In this document: one piece after another, positions 25,232 through 36,281 of the stretch
How positions within the stretch are numbered: position 1 is the stretch's first letter
Layout of the letters: each line of letters starts with the position of its first letter
Source: Setoptus koraiensis
Lineage: Eukaryota; Animalia; Arthropoda
Direction of reading: 5' to 3'
Length of the DNA stretch: 64,000 nucleotides
NCBI GenBank assembly: GCA_048013815.1
Contig: CM106586.1
Coordinates: 13,764,001 to 13,828,000 of the forward strand
Notes under the pieces: generated by a model
What the model saw: the letters and a program-made list of their open reading frames with translations, nothing else
Told to the model about the DNA's origin: nothing
Database searches by the model: none
Translations under genes and position numbers: made by a program

Positions 25232-26698
25232 TTAGTCGTATTCACCAGTATCGCGTGTTTTGCAAAACATGTAAACCACAGCTGCAAGAATAACGCCCAG
25301 AAGAACAACCAAAGCTATCAAACCACCTTTGCCAAGACCCAGGAAATGATGAGAATGGTGAGCGACGTGGGTGGAAGCTTGATTGGCTACAGGCATGGGA
25401 TGACCTAAAGTATAGCCTATAACGCCATGGCCTACAACAGAGCCGAATTGAACTTCACCCTCGGGGTCATCCTGATCTTCCGCCAACGATCGCCTAATTG
25501 ATTCGTCGAGAACATTGACTTTGAATATTTGGGAAACTGCGAGTTCGGCCCTGCTACCCAAGCGTCTCTGCAGCCATCCGGTAACTCCGCCTGCTTGCGT
25601 GTAACACTCGATATCTGCATCGAACGAGTTGAAATTTTCAGTTTGCTCGAATTTGTGCACCGGTCGCCTCATTTTTTTTGTCTTGTCCAGGTTGACAGTG
25701 AATAAATTTTCGTCATTCAACATCCCTTGGTCCATTTTTTCCCTTACATCTTCCTCTAAATCGACTTTGGCTTCTATGAGCAGAACGCCCTGACAGAATT
25801 GAACGGCTTCGATCCATTTCTGGACCCTCGGATCGCTGCTCAGACTTCTATCTAAGCTTTCAGCATCGTTTCGGGCCAAATATCCTTTCCAGGCCAACCG
25901 AGAAATCGTGTATATCGAGCTCTGTGCGAATTGTTCAATGAGGTTGCACGCTTTTCTGGTTGCTACAAACTCGTCTACCATACTCTGTGTATTCAATGTC
26001 ATAGCCATGGAAAACTCGGAATCTTGTGTGGGTTTCAGTGATTCAGTGAGTATGAGATTTTCTACTTTTGTAAACACATTTGGGGTGTATTTCATGGCAA
26101 TACTCAGTAGCTTGCGCGTGCTTTTAGAAAGATCCTTGATCTGGCTCTCATCAAGTTTTGTCTTTTTCGCCTCTGACATGGCAATCACTCTGTCTAGACT
26201 TTCCACTAAATCAGAATTACTATTCTCTGCCGATTGTAGTTTCTCCGCCAAAGATTTCTTACAAGTCAGAGCAACTTGGCCTGCTAGAAGTCGGAAAAAG
26301 CGAGCCAATCTATTCCTCTGTATACGTTTGAGGTATTTACCATGACTGGCATTGGCTTTCAACTGTTTGTGAAATTGCAACAATTCATCTGCAAAGTCGG
26401 GCTCGCACACAGAATGACGTGTGCCGGCTTGTTGGACAATTTCCTTCAACGCCCGGATATCATCGAAACCATTTACACTGCGAATACACCTGTTGAGAAT
26501 CGCACTTTTTTCCTCGCTCAATCCATCCGTGTTATCGTTTTCGAGCGCTATCTCTGTGAACTGCAGAAATGCAGGAATCGTCTCGGTTGCTTTCACCGAG
26601 GAAACGCATCCCTCTTTGCTGATAGCTTCGACGTCAGAAGAGTAAATTAAACAAGCACATATCACGTAGACAATAGCGAGCAGTTTCAGTTGAGCCAT
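25232..26698 (-). CDS. Orphan type I membrane protein, family member 1 (488 aa)
   Basis: Intronless ORF with signal peptide, Cys-containing helical ectodomain, DPEGEVQFG motif, His-rich stretch and C-terminal TM helix (GLIALVVLLGVILAAVVYMF). It aligns by eye with 43239 and 48431. Confidence 0.9.
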   Translation of the reverse strand: MAQLKLLAIVYVICACLIYSSDVEAISKEGCVSSVKATETIPAFLQFTEIALENDNTDGLSEEKSAILNRCIRSVNGFDDIRALKEIVQQAGTRHSVCEPDFADELLQFHKQLKANASHGKYLKRIQRNRLARFFRLLAGQVALTCKKSLAEKLQSAENSNSDLVESLDRVIAMSEAKKTKLDESQIKDLSKSTRKLLSIAMKYTPNVFTKVENLILTESLKPTQDSEFSMAMTLNTQSMVDEFVATRKACNLIEQFAQSSIYTISRLAWKGYLARNDAESLDRSLSSDPRVQKWIEAVQFCQGVLLIEAKVDLEEDVREKMDQGMLNDENLFTVNLDKTKKMRRPVHKFEQTENFNSFDADIECYTQAGGVTGWLQRRLGSRAELAVSQIFKVNVLDESIRRSLAEDQDDPEGEVQFGSVVGHGVIGYTLGHPMPVANQASTHVAHHSHHFLGLGKGGLIALVVLLGVILAAVVYMFCKTRDTGEYD

Positions 26699-28030
26699 TT
26701 TGCTGTTATGCTTTCAGAGCTTCTTATTTTTATATTCGATACAATTTCTGGTCACAAATTAACTGGAAATGACCTTTCTCTATGACTTGAATTTTGTTAG
26801 AATTTGTTGGGAAAATACTTATCATCCAAAGGAAGCTTACTTTTCTAGTTGCAATAACTGATGCTTCGAGGTTCATATATGTCGCTATTTATACTAGAGA
26901 TTGAGAAGCTCACTACCTTTTAAAGTTGTGATTGGAAGTCTATTTTTAAATGGTATCTGGAATTCCAATACAAAACTTTGGAAATGTTTTTCTTGTGCTA
27001 CTTGAAAATCTCCTCCCTAGTGAAATAACTAAGGAGTCGAGGTTCGTACCTGTCACTATTTACACTCCAGATTGAGAAGCTCGTTTCATTTTTGAACTGG
27101 TATTGGTATTTCGATATCAAATTTTGAACGCCATCATGAGAGTGTCAGGTGCCAAGAGGCATCCTGCGACTGACGAATCCTCTTTGATCCTAGTTATGAA
27201 AATTTCGTTTAAATCGTCCTCAATAAAATTCATGGGTTTAAACCATTTGGGCACACTAATCTTCACTCAGTTCCCTTTTTCTCAGATGAGCCACATTGCT
27301 GTGACAAGCGGTCTGTTTGAGATTCGACGACAGATGAAATTCTTTGGCGTACCAATTTTCGACTTGATCATCGTACGTCTCTATGTTCCAAAGAACGTTC
27401 CTGTCCTTTGATCATTGCACTGAAACTAATTACTCTGGACTACAAAATCGGTTCAAAACGCTCCACAACGAGTTGAGATCAAGTCCTGATAAATTGCCGG
27501 GCAATATAACACGACTAAATAATCTTGAACTACATCATTCATCCCTTATCGATAATGATGGACAAAACATATCCTATTTTGTTGTTCATACAAATGACCA
27601 ACATACATGTAAAAACCTCAGGAGCAATGCTGATGACTTGGGAGAGACACATTATTGGAATTGATAGAAGCAGGTTTATTCGGAATAGATAGCGACACTT
27701 CTTATTTCGGAGTTCCCATCTGCAATATCATAGGAGGCTTCTGTGGGTAAATTCTATGTGTATTTTTTTCGATAACCCATTAGCAATGCAGCAATTCTCT
27801 GCAAATTGGAATGTCCGAGAAGTTTATCATTATTTGTACAGCTTCTCATCGGTATCGAGATTAAGGATCGAAAAGATAGGGCCATGCTCTGAACCTACTT
27901 TCTGTCTCTTCCGACCATTCAAATTTGCGTGCGTGGGGCAGATCAATTAATGTCCCAATAATTAGTCGACATATTATTGCAATATGAATAAAACTGCAGA
28001 ATAAAATGGTGCAATGGGCTCGCTACTAGT

Positions 28031-28391
28031 GATAGTCTCGTGTCATGGATACAAAATCCACCAAAGGCGATAACAAAACACAGCAAAACTTGCTGTTGTG
28101 ACATTCTGCTTACTATTTATAATCCGATTCCAACGTCACCAGATGTTCGAGAATTGATGAAAAAGTGCTGGCCGCCTTTCGATCGATCTATAAATCTTGT
28201 CCAATGATAAAACACACTATATCTAGAAGCATCTATTTCTACAAACAGTTACCTGAAGCCATTCCCCCCACCCTTTGTGCTATATTCGCCTCTGAAACAT
28301 CGTTATTATGATCCATCGAACTCACTACATTCTCTCTCTCTCTCTCTCCATCACTGTCACCGATCATGATGTAAAAAACAGCAACTCTCGA
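28031..28391. repeat. Extra promoter copy (28031-28250, direct) plus inverted segment (28253-28391) at the duplication junction
   Basis: 28031-28250 matches about 22719-22945. 28253-28391 is the reverse complement of about 22586-22719. Confidence 0.85.
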
Positions 28392-28399
28392 ACTCTATT

Positions 28400-31300
28400 G
28401 TACTTAAGTAGAATCAAGGGAGCCTAACTGGCGTCGATGAAATGAATGATTAGTAGAGACAACCAAATCGGAGCTCATTATCAAATAATTTCAGTGAAAG
28501 CATAGGCATATACCGATGGTAATTGGATACAATCCCTCAAGAGCTGAGATGCACAGTCTATATCGTGCGATAGAATACTGGAGCATGGAGATATTACTTA
28601 TTTATGAAAAGAACGCATTTTTGATCCAACTTGCGTAGTTTGCATTGTATTGTATAGTATTGTCTTATTGTTTTTCTCCAAAATGTTTCCAACCTCGTCC
28701 ATTTGTAGCACATAATTCGGCAAAATCTACTATCTATCAAAATGTCCATGCGTCGATCACACTTATAATCGATAGTTGCTGTTTTTTACCTCATGATCGG
28801 TGACAGTGAGGGAGAGAGAGAGAGAGTTAGAGAATGTAGCGAGTTTGATGGATCATAATGACGATGTTTCAGGGACAAATAGAGCACAAAGGGGGGGGGG
28901 GAATGGCTTCAGATAGTCTCGTGTCAAGAATACAAAAACCAGCAACACAACCCACCTCACAAAACACATAGCAAAACTTGCTGTTGTGACATTCTGATTG
29001 CTATTTATAATCCTATTCCAACGTCACCGGACTTTCGAAAATTGATATAAAAGTGCTGGCCGCTTTTCGATCGATCTATAAATCGTGTCCAATGATAAAA
29101 CACACCATATCTACAAGCATCTATTTCTACAAAGAGTTATCTCTAGAAAATATTTTCCTGATAACAAAATACCACGTCAGCCAACTTGTGCAAACTAACT
29201 CGTAATCTACAATGCATATCGCAATCAAATTAACACTGATCTGCGCCATCTCGATGGTTGCATTCTCTTGTTTGGTATCGGCTGATGATGCCAGAGTACA
29301 AAAATGCCAGTCGGAGTTGTCGGACCTGCAACAATCTCTCAATGAGCTCTCTATGAAGCGACAAACTCGATTGAAGGAACAGCAGGAGCAAAAATTGCAA
29401 CAAGATATAACGGCAAAGATGGCCGAGTGTGAAAGAATAGCCCAAGGTCTTGATCAGCCGGAAGTTCAAGAGCCAGAAGTTCGAAAGCCAGAAGTTCAAG
29501 AGCCAGTGTATGAAAGGGTTAGAATGTCATGGCCATCGGATGAATGTAGATTTTTCATGGGATACGAAAATTTTGAGCATCATCAGCAAATATGCGACGA
29601 CTGTTGTAAAAAATATGACGAAGTTGGTGGGGAGATGTTCAATGAATGCCGCTGTTATCCCAAAAAGTGGAATAAATAATTAATCAAATAAATTTGTGAG
29701 ATTACGCTCTAACGATGTACAGTCATCTGCGCATGACTACAAATAATCAATGTGATACCCTGGCTACTGGAATACAATAAAACAAAATGTCCGAGTTCAC
29801 TTAAATGGCCGAACCTTACATTATCATAACGTTATGAGACAAAAATAATAGAAGGATAATAGAAAAAACTTGCAGGTATCTCTGTACGTGAAAGAGAAGT
29901 TTCACAGTCAATTGCACAGTGACTGTGAGATACTCTCGATTTTGAAATGAAAACAATTATCAGAATCAAAAGCCGTGAAAAGTATATCACATAGAAGGAG
30001 GTTTATCCTGAAGACTTTGCCTCGCCTTACCTCACAAAGACAATTAACTGTATTATTTTTTTTTGCTGGGTTGTAAATCAATTTGTGACGAGTTGTCGCG
30101 ATTAGGAGAGTATATAAACTAGATGCTCGTTCACTCATCCATTCGATAGTTCAGTCAGCCGAGATTAGCATCTCGTGCATCTTAAACTTTGATCGAAGTG
30201 ACAGCAGTTGGCACAAAATCAAAGCATAAATAGAAAAGAAATCAATCGACATGAGTTAATTCATCAGAATCTTCCTGTGCCTAGTCAGGGTAGTTCTCGC
30301 GTCATTTGTCTTGACAATATAAGCAGCAGATGTCATAGAGGAAGATCTAGCAGATATTTCATTCGATGGCTGCGTTGGAATGAGTCCGAAATGACAAAAA
30401 TGAACGACATGGGATCTACCGATTGTTGGCACTATTTGAATATCCAGTCAACCATGGTACAAAATTCTGTACCATGTCGAGGCGCCCTTCAAACCTATAA
30501 AACTATCTAAAGGATACTATTTCAACGAACATCACAAAAGCGACAAACCCAACAAAGATAGTCAGTGCAGTAGGGCAACGATGATAATCGTTATCATCGT
30601 TGGTCTTGCTGTTGTTGACGTCCTGATGTAGAATTTAAGACGGACCAAATTCAACGAAAATATGACGTCTATTGCAAAAATTTATCAGCAGTATGTATGA
30701 CGCACAAAATGTCTATCGTGAAATGAAGCATCTTGAATGTTGCTAGATTGTAAAACGATGGAGTTACCTGGTTTGTACCGGTTTCACTGTGCCGTTGGTA
30801 TTAAAGTGATATACTAACGATTACAAACTCATGTTTAATGGTGGCTCTCTTGATGGGTCGCATGTGGTTAGCATGCGCTCATTTAGGATAAATAGGTAGA
30901 TTTTGTAATAAAAGATAACATTTGTAATAGGATTCCATGAAATGAAGCCCGTCAGAATGGATAGTCAGTTTTTATTTCCCAAAGGAGCATTATAAAAAGA
31001 CGCAGCTGAGATCTAGCACCATAGCAACATAAGCCACTGTTCTCTCCTAGTATTGAGGTATTATGAGTAATCTAAAATCATTCTGACAACGTTGAAATTA
31101 ACTATACAAACGTTTGCTTCACTAAGAATATGCACCTTGTAAGCTGGTTTATTTAGATTAGTGTCAGGCACGGTGTTGTCATGTTTTGTGATGTTTATGT
31201 TAATCTGGAGTTAAATATCTATTATTGATTTTGATTATTATAGGCAAACTCTTTTTCTTGAGCGTGTTTAAGAAGCCAAGATGTCGAAACAGATCAGAGT

Positions 31301-33192
31301 CACATATTGGGTTTTTATTCTCACTATCTGGTTCCACAACAAAGAATCAGATTCAGACTATTTTGCAATGTAGAATCTAATTGGCATTTTCACATCATAA
31401 GATCTTCTATCTACATATGATGTATTCATTTGAAAAAATGAGAGAATTTAAAGTGATATACATCGTCTATCTGGATAGATCTATTACAACCACCCGAGGT
31501 CTATGCGGCCTAAATAACTGTAGACGGCAGAAAACAAGTAGAGATAGCGCTTGACCAATTTCTTCTGTGGCGCTAACATGTTGGTTGTGGTATTGTTGTT
31601 CTCTAATAGAGGATCGCTTATAGAATGTTCTAAATTTGAATTGGAATCTCCTGTATTATCCTCTAGTGTCAATAGAATTTCGCGAGCCTCACTAATATAT
31701 TTCCATTTAGATTCTGGATTGGTCGTTTGCAAAGAGCGTAGTACATTACCACTGCTGTCGTATTGAACAACTAGACCCCTATGACACACATCATTCTCCA
31801 GCAGCCAATTGTTTCGCAATATAAAACCTAGATCGCGGACTCTGTTAGAGCGTAAAATATTGTCACCTAGCCACTCAACGATTCGGCCAATCAGAGATAT
31901 TGACTTCAATGTCATACGTGCCACATTTGGATGTTTCAAAAGAAAATCGGTCATGTCAAATCGATTACCGTCGCTTAGGGCACAAGCACAGGCAACCCAA
32001 TAGGTCTCTTGATCAACGTCGGCCCCTCGTTTTATATTGTCGGGCCAGCCTGCAACCGTAGCCCAAAATTCGGACTGGCCCGCTTTCTCTCCACGTATGT
32101 AATGTTTTATAATTCTCGCATGACCTATGTCCACTATGAGTAAGGCTGGTGTCGTATCCATTAACGTTATACCATTGGGGAAAACCATTTTTCGCTCATC
32201 CACAATGTCACCATTGTCCTCACTGTAGCTAAACGTAGTATTTGTGTCCGCATTCAATTGATCTCCATACCTCGAATAGAAGTCCGCTTGTTTGTATCGA
32301 ACAGGTGTAATTGAGTCCAACACGCTCAATTGTTGAGTGCCTGTGTCAAACCGCAATATTCGTCCAGTGTCATCGTTTTCCAACAATGACAACGAGCATT
32401 CTCGCAATGGCCATTTATTACTAGCGTCTGTCATGTAAATAACGTCTCCATGTGTTGCCCCTCGGAACCAGTCAACAGCCAGATCATCTAACATGACAAT
32501 GCGCGACTGGTTAGTGTGCCCAAGTGATTTGTGGCGTTGTTTTGCGTCAATCAATAGTGTCGCCGGTTGCAACTGGTCACTCTCTTTTGTTGGTTGATCG
32601 GATGCTGTAGTAGCGGCCATTGAGGGATCCCATTTAGACAGATCAACACGGAACAGGCCGTTTAGTGGATCAACGACATATAAGTGATGCTCGTCAGGTG
32701 ACAATCGCAATCCTAGTGGGCGCGAACAGCGCGATATTATGATATTTGTGGGTGAATATTGGGCTTGCTCGCCGTAAAAGCGAACGTCTGAATCGCAATG
32801 GTGAAAATTGGTCGCTGTTTCGGACGTTGTTGCATCCATATGGTCACTTTGATTGGCTTGATAAATGGTCGATGGGCTATTCAACATGGCCACCACAGTG
32901 GTCGTGTTTCGTCTCGAATCTACATACAATATAAAACCACCTTCAACTCCCGTGTAAAAGTTGCCCGACAAATCCTCTGCCGACGCTTCCGGCGATCTGA
33001 TTTGGCCCTCAAATAATATCTCGGCGCTGTCCAATTCATCTGAGAATTGATTAGGAAATGAGGCCTTCTCATAGAAACGACGGGGGTCAAAACTGGGCTC
33101 GAATGGTGGCTGAGGCATATAATAGATGAGCAAACCAAATAAAGTTTTGCTTATGAGGAACCATATGAGAAAGCGAAATACGTTACAATAGG
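28400..33192. repeat. Right copy of segmental duplication, beginning with the last codons and 3' region of HPS1
   Basis: GTACTTAAGTAGAATCAAGGGAGCCTAA at 28400 is identical to the HPS1 3' end at 22229-22256. Confidence 0.9.
29212..29679 (+). CDS. Small secreted Cys-rich protein, paralogue B (155 aa)
   Basis: Same signal peptide and C-terminal Cys domain as 23016..23471, with a divergent middle segment. Confidence 0.85.
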   Translation: MHIAIKLTLICAISMVAFSCLVSADDARVQKCQSELSDLQQSLNELSMKRQTRLKEQQEQKLQQDITAKMAECERIAQGLDQPEVQEPEVRKPEVQEPVYERVRMSWPSDECRFFMGYENFEHHQQICDDCCKKYDEVGGEMFNECRCYPKKWNK

Positions 33193-33382
33193 GCGATTTG
33201 CATTCGCCATCGTCAGTATAACTGTCATTCTTTTTTTGTTTTTCTTTGCTGACACTTCTTTCCTTTGCCGACATATCTACCGTTCTATTGTTTAGGCGCT
33301 CATTTTTCGCCTTCATCGCCAAAGCTTTTGCTCCTGTCATCTGGAATTTATCCTTCGAATGCTTTTCTGTACACACACACAC
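31484..33382 (-). CDS. APMAP: Adipocyte plasma membrane-associated protein / hemomucin / strictosidine synthase-like beta-propeller protein
   Basis: N-terminal TM anchor (FRFLIWFLISKTLFGLLIYY). Family motifs SPEASAEDLSGNFYTGVEGG, CSRPLGLR, DDLAV, YMTDASNKW, GRILRFD, FPNGI and GWPDNIKR. The true start is probably a Met downstream of 33382. Confidence 0.92.
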   Translation of the reverse strand: MCVCTEKHSKDKFQMTGAKALAMKAKNERLNNRTVDMSAKERSVSKEKQKKNDSYTDDGECKSPYCNVFRFLIWFLISKTLFGLLIYYMPQPPFEPSFDPRRFYEKASFPNQFSDELDSAEILFEGQIRSPEASAEDLSGNFYTGVEGGFILYVDSRRNTTTVVAMLNSPSTIYQANQSDHMDATTSETATNFHHCDSDVRFYGEQAQYSPTNIIISRCSRPLGLRLSPDEHHLYVVDPLNGLFRVDLSKWDPSMAATTASDQPTKESDQLQPATLLIDAKQRHKSLGHTNQSRIVMLDDLAVDWFRGATHGDVIYMTDASNKWPLRECSLSLLENDDTGRILRFDTGTQQLSVLDSITPVRYKQADFYSRYGDQLNADTNTTFSYSEDNGDIVDERKMVFPNGITLMDTTPALLIVDIGHARIIKHYIRGEKAGQSEFWATVAGWPDNIKRGADVDQETYWVACACALSDGNRFDMTDFLLKHPNVARMTLKSISLIGRIVEWLGDNILRSNRVRDLGFILRNNWLLENDVCHRGLVVQYDSSGNVLRSLQTTNPESKWKYISEAREILLTLEDNTGDSNSNLEHSISDPLLENNNTTTNMLAPQKKLVKRYLYLFSAVYSYLGRIDLGWL

Positions 33383-33952
33383 ACATATATACTGAAAATT
33401 GTCTATATGGTAATAATTTCTTACGTTACTTGTTTGATGAGTCGAATAGCCTAAGGTGACACTAATCTGAAATCATATCTAGTGTTCATTTAGTAGTACA
33501 TCCACTGATTGGTATAGCGCATTTTTGTAGAGTGCCGGCGGAAAAGATTTTATCGGTCTAAAATAAACTCAGCTGTTTCGTGGCCTCTCTTTGTCTCTAG
33601 TGTCTCTTGTCCCAGATCTGATTTTCTCGCATATGTTAGCGCGTATGTGTCAAGCTGGCCGACGATCGACGTTCAATAGCTGAGATGTCTGTGTACTCTA
33701 TGTATTTCACACTCTATTCATTTGTGTTGTGATGCTTCGCGGTTGTTGTTTTCTGCATAGATCAAAATGGAATGGTGATGTTTGTCTAGACACATGAGAA
33801 CAAGATTACTGTATACAATAAGAAGATTTTCTTCCAACACAATCTATTCAGCTATCTACTTTTGCTTCCATACACTATCTGATCATAAAAAATCCCATTA
33901 CTATCACTGGGAATTAACTAGTGCCGAATAGTTAGTTAGAATTATGATCTCA

Positions 33953-34111
33953 TCATCTCTTATCACCATCTCTAGTCTTTACTATATACTCGAAATGCAT
34001 ATTGTACCCACAATACAACTTTCTACTTTTGCGCATGTAACCAGAGTATTTAGCACTGACTAAAATAGCGAAAATAGTAAAGACGACGAAAGTAAAAACA
34101 CGCGCTAACAT
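33953..34111 (-). CDS. Candidate 52-aa secreted basic peptide
   Basis: MLARVFTFVVFTIFAILVSA looks like a signal peptide and is followed by KYSGYMRKSRKLYCGYNMHFEYIVKTRDGDKR. No homology recognised. Confidence 0.3.
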   Translation of the reverse strand: MLARVFTFVVFTIFAILVSAKYSGYMRKSRKLYCGYNMHFEYIVKTRDGDKR

Positions 34112-35471
34112 TTGACAATAAATGGTAAGCTCATGCCTTTTTCTTGTCTGTTTTCGACTGTTCAATGCGAGTCAATCGATTTTGTTCTCTAAGTTTGGTA
34201 CATTGAATTGGCAATGGAAATTAGATAATAGAAGTGTTGCCACCAATGATTGTTGATCTTCATCAGGTTTCCGATGTGCGTGTGACAAGTTTAGCCGTCG
34301 CTCGCTCAACTGAGCTACCGGTTAACTAAATAGAGAGTTTCGACTTATCGCAACTTTATAAATCAAATGTTATTGCACACAAAGCGGAATAAATTAATTA
34401 GATAAAACCCGTTTGCGCGTCTGTCGCACTTATATCACGAAAATCGCTTGATAAAGTATCTACACAGTAAAGAGCGAAAGGCATTTTAACGTGCTCAACC
34501 AAGCTAGGTGCTTCTAGAGAACTAAAATCTCCATTGTATAAATGTGATGAATCTAATTAAATATCCCAATTGAGGTTGCTACCTGAACATATGAGCTTCT
34601 ATGTGATAGATGCGATGTTGCGGTAGAACATCCATCACTAAATCACCAGTTGGCTAATTCTCAAATCAGGCGTTAATCATATTCGTTCATGAATATTGCC
34701 ATACTAAAGGATGTGAGATAAATCAAATTGATAACAACAACTATTAGATAGATCGGATTTATTCAAGTTCATAAACTCTTAAACTGGGCTAGTTTAGCAA
34801 GCTAGATTGCTTAGCTGTCGTTATTCAAAGCAGCAGTTGATCCGAACAAATAGCCAGTTTTCAAGGAGAACCTATGGATTAACTGATAGTAGTAGGCTCA
34901 CAACGCCATTGAATGCCAGGGAGTCGCACAAAGGTGATGGTTGCTCAACATGAAATAGGATAAGAAATCGCTATTTCCGGGTGTTGAAAGTTACACGATT
35001 TTTGTGCATGTTTGTTCAAGAGAAAAAAACAATGAATAATTGCAATTGCTTTGGCTGCCTCAAAACAATGGCATATTAATTTAATTTGTTTAGTTTTAAA
35101 TAAATCTCATTGTCAATTATGATAAATAGCTACTTGATCGACCAAGGCATTAGATATTTTCACCCTCTTTGAGTATGAAAACAATGCATTTGGTCTTCTT
35201 ATCGGATAATATATACACCCTATTTAGTCGGAAGGAAAAGAGATCTCACTGGATAGCACGAGTCTACATTTACAGGCACAATATCATAAAGGTATATTGA
35301 TCAAATCATGGTATGAATCACTCATCTGACTAATGTTGACTAAAGTAAATCTGCATCTCATTCATTCGGTGCTTGATTTGTTCGAGGATTTGCCGGAGCA
35401 AATTGTCCTTACCTCCCGGCTCTCGCAGGGGGCAGAGGACCTGCCCACCTCACCAGATCACAAGTGATTGG

Positions 35472-35754
35472 TAGTGTTGCGGAGCGATCACGAGCCCCGA
35501 TTCTCTTCTATTTCGACCATTGAGGAAAGGGGCAGAAAGTCGAGTTTCTGCCACTTTCTGCCGGATTATAAACCATTTCTGCCGTTTCTGCCAAATAAAA
35601 GAAATAGCAGAAATGGCAGAAAGTACATACATACATATATTTTAAACTATTGAGATTCTATCGGCACACTAGGTTGATGTAATGTGACGATTTCATCCGA
35701 CTTCACGGATGCGGAGAAACCCCACTCGGAGCGAGAGATCGCTCCACAACACTG
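35472..35754. mobile_element. Old hAT-type MITE (283 bp)
   Basis: TIRs TAGTGTTGCGGAGCGATC / GATCGCTCCACAACACTG; flanks GTGATTGG / GGGATTGC (6/8 match, degenerate 8-bp TSD); internal TTTCTGCC/GGCAGAAA repeats. Confidence 0.7.
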
Positions 35755-36281
35755 GGGATTGCGGGCCGAACTATTCCTGTGCATGGCAAGACCCTAAAAA
35801 TTTTCTAGCGAGTCATTCTTACATGTATACCATAAGGATGATTTTGAGACGTATTTGTAGTCGACGAAAAACCGAAATTCAAACCATTTTCCTCATAATC
35901 ACCGATTGTCACCAACTTGCACATGAGTATCGAAATACGGGTGGTTTTCATGGAAACGAGTAGAAATTTAGCCAAAATTATAAAGAAAAGATGCCCTGCT
36001 GGGGTTTCCGAGAGTCGGTTGCTGGGCACTTGACCACTGATCACTTGTGATATTTGTTGACTTCGGTCAGCCTAACAAAGTTGCGCTGATATTATGCTCT
36101 CTGTCGGAAAACGCAACAAAACCATCGATTCTCGAAGCAGCCTGTACTCACTGTATATGGTGTTTCAAGAATCTATGGATTAAAAACCGAAAAAACCGAG
36201 AAAATGCTACTGTATATTTCCTCCCATAAGAACCGATTCTGGTGGGTTTTAGTGACCTATTTGCCCTACCCTACTGCCCCG

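Noticed and set aside
27100-27760. Coding-like fragments (e.g. LLELIEAGLFGIDSDTSYFGVPICNIIGGFCG)
   Set aside because: Short, spread over different frames and no family recognised.
30570-30880. Possible decayed third Cys-rich gene (signal-like start, scattered Cys)
   Set aside because: Needs multiple frameshifts and no convincing alignment to the 23016/29212 proteins by eye.
33953-34111. Insulin B-chain-like RKLYCG motif
   Set aside because: The second B-chain Cys and any A chain are absent.
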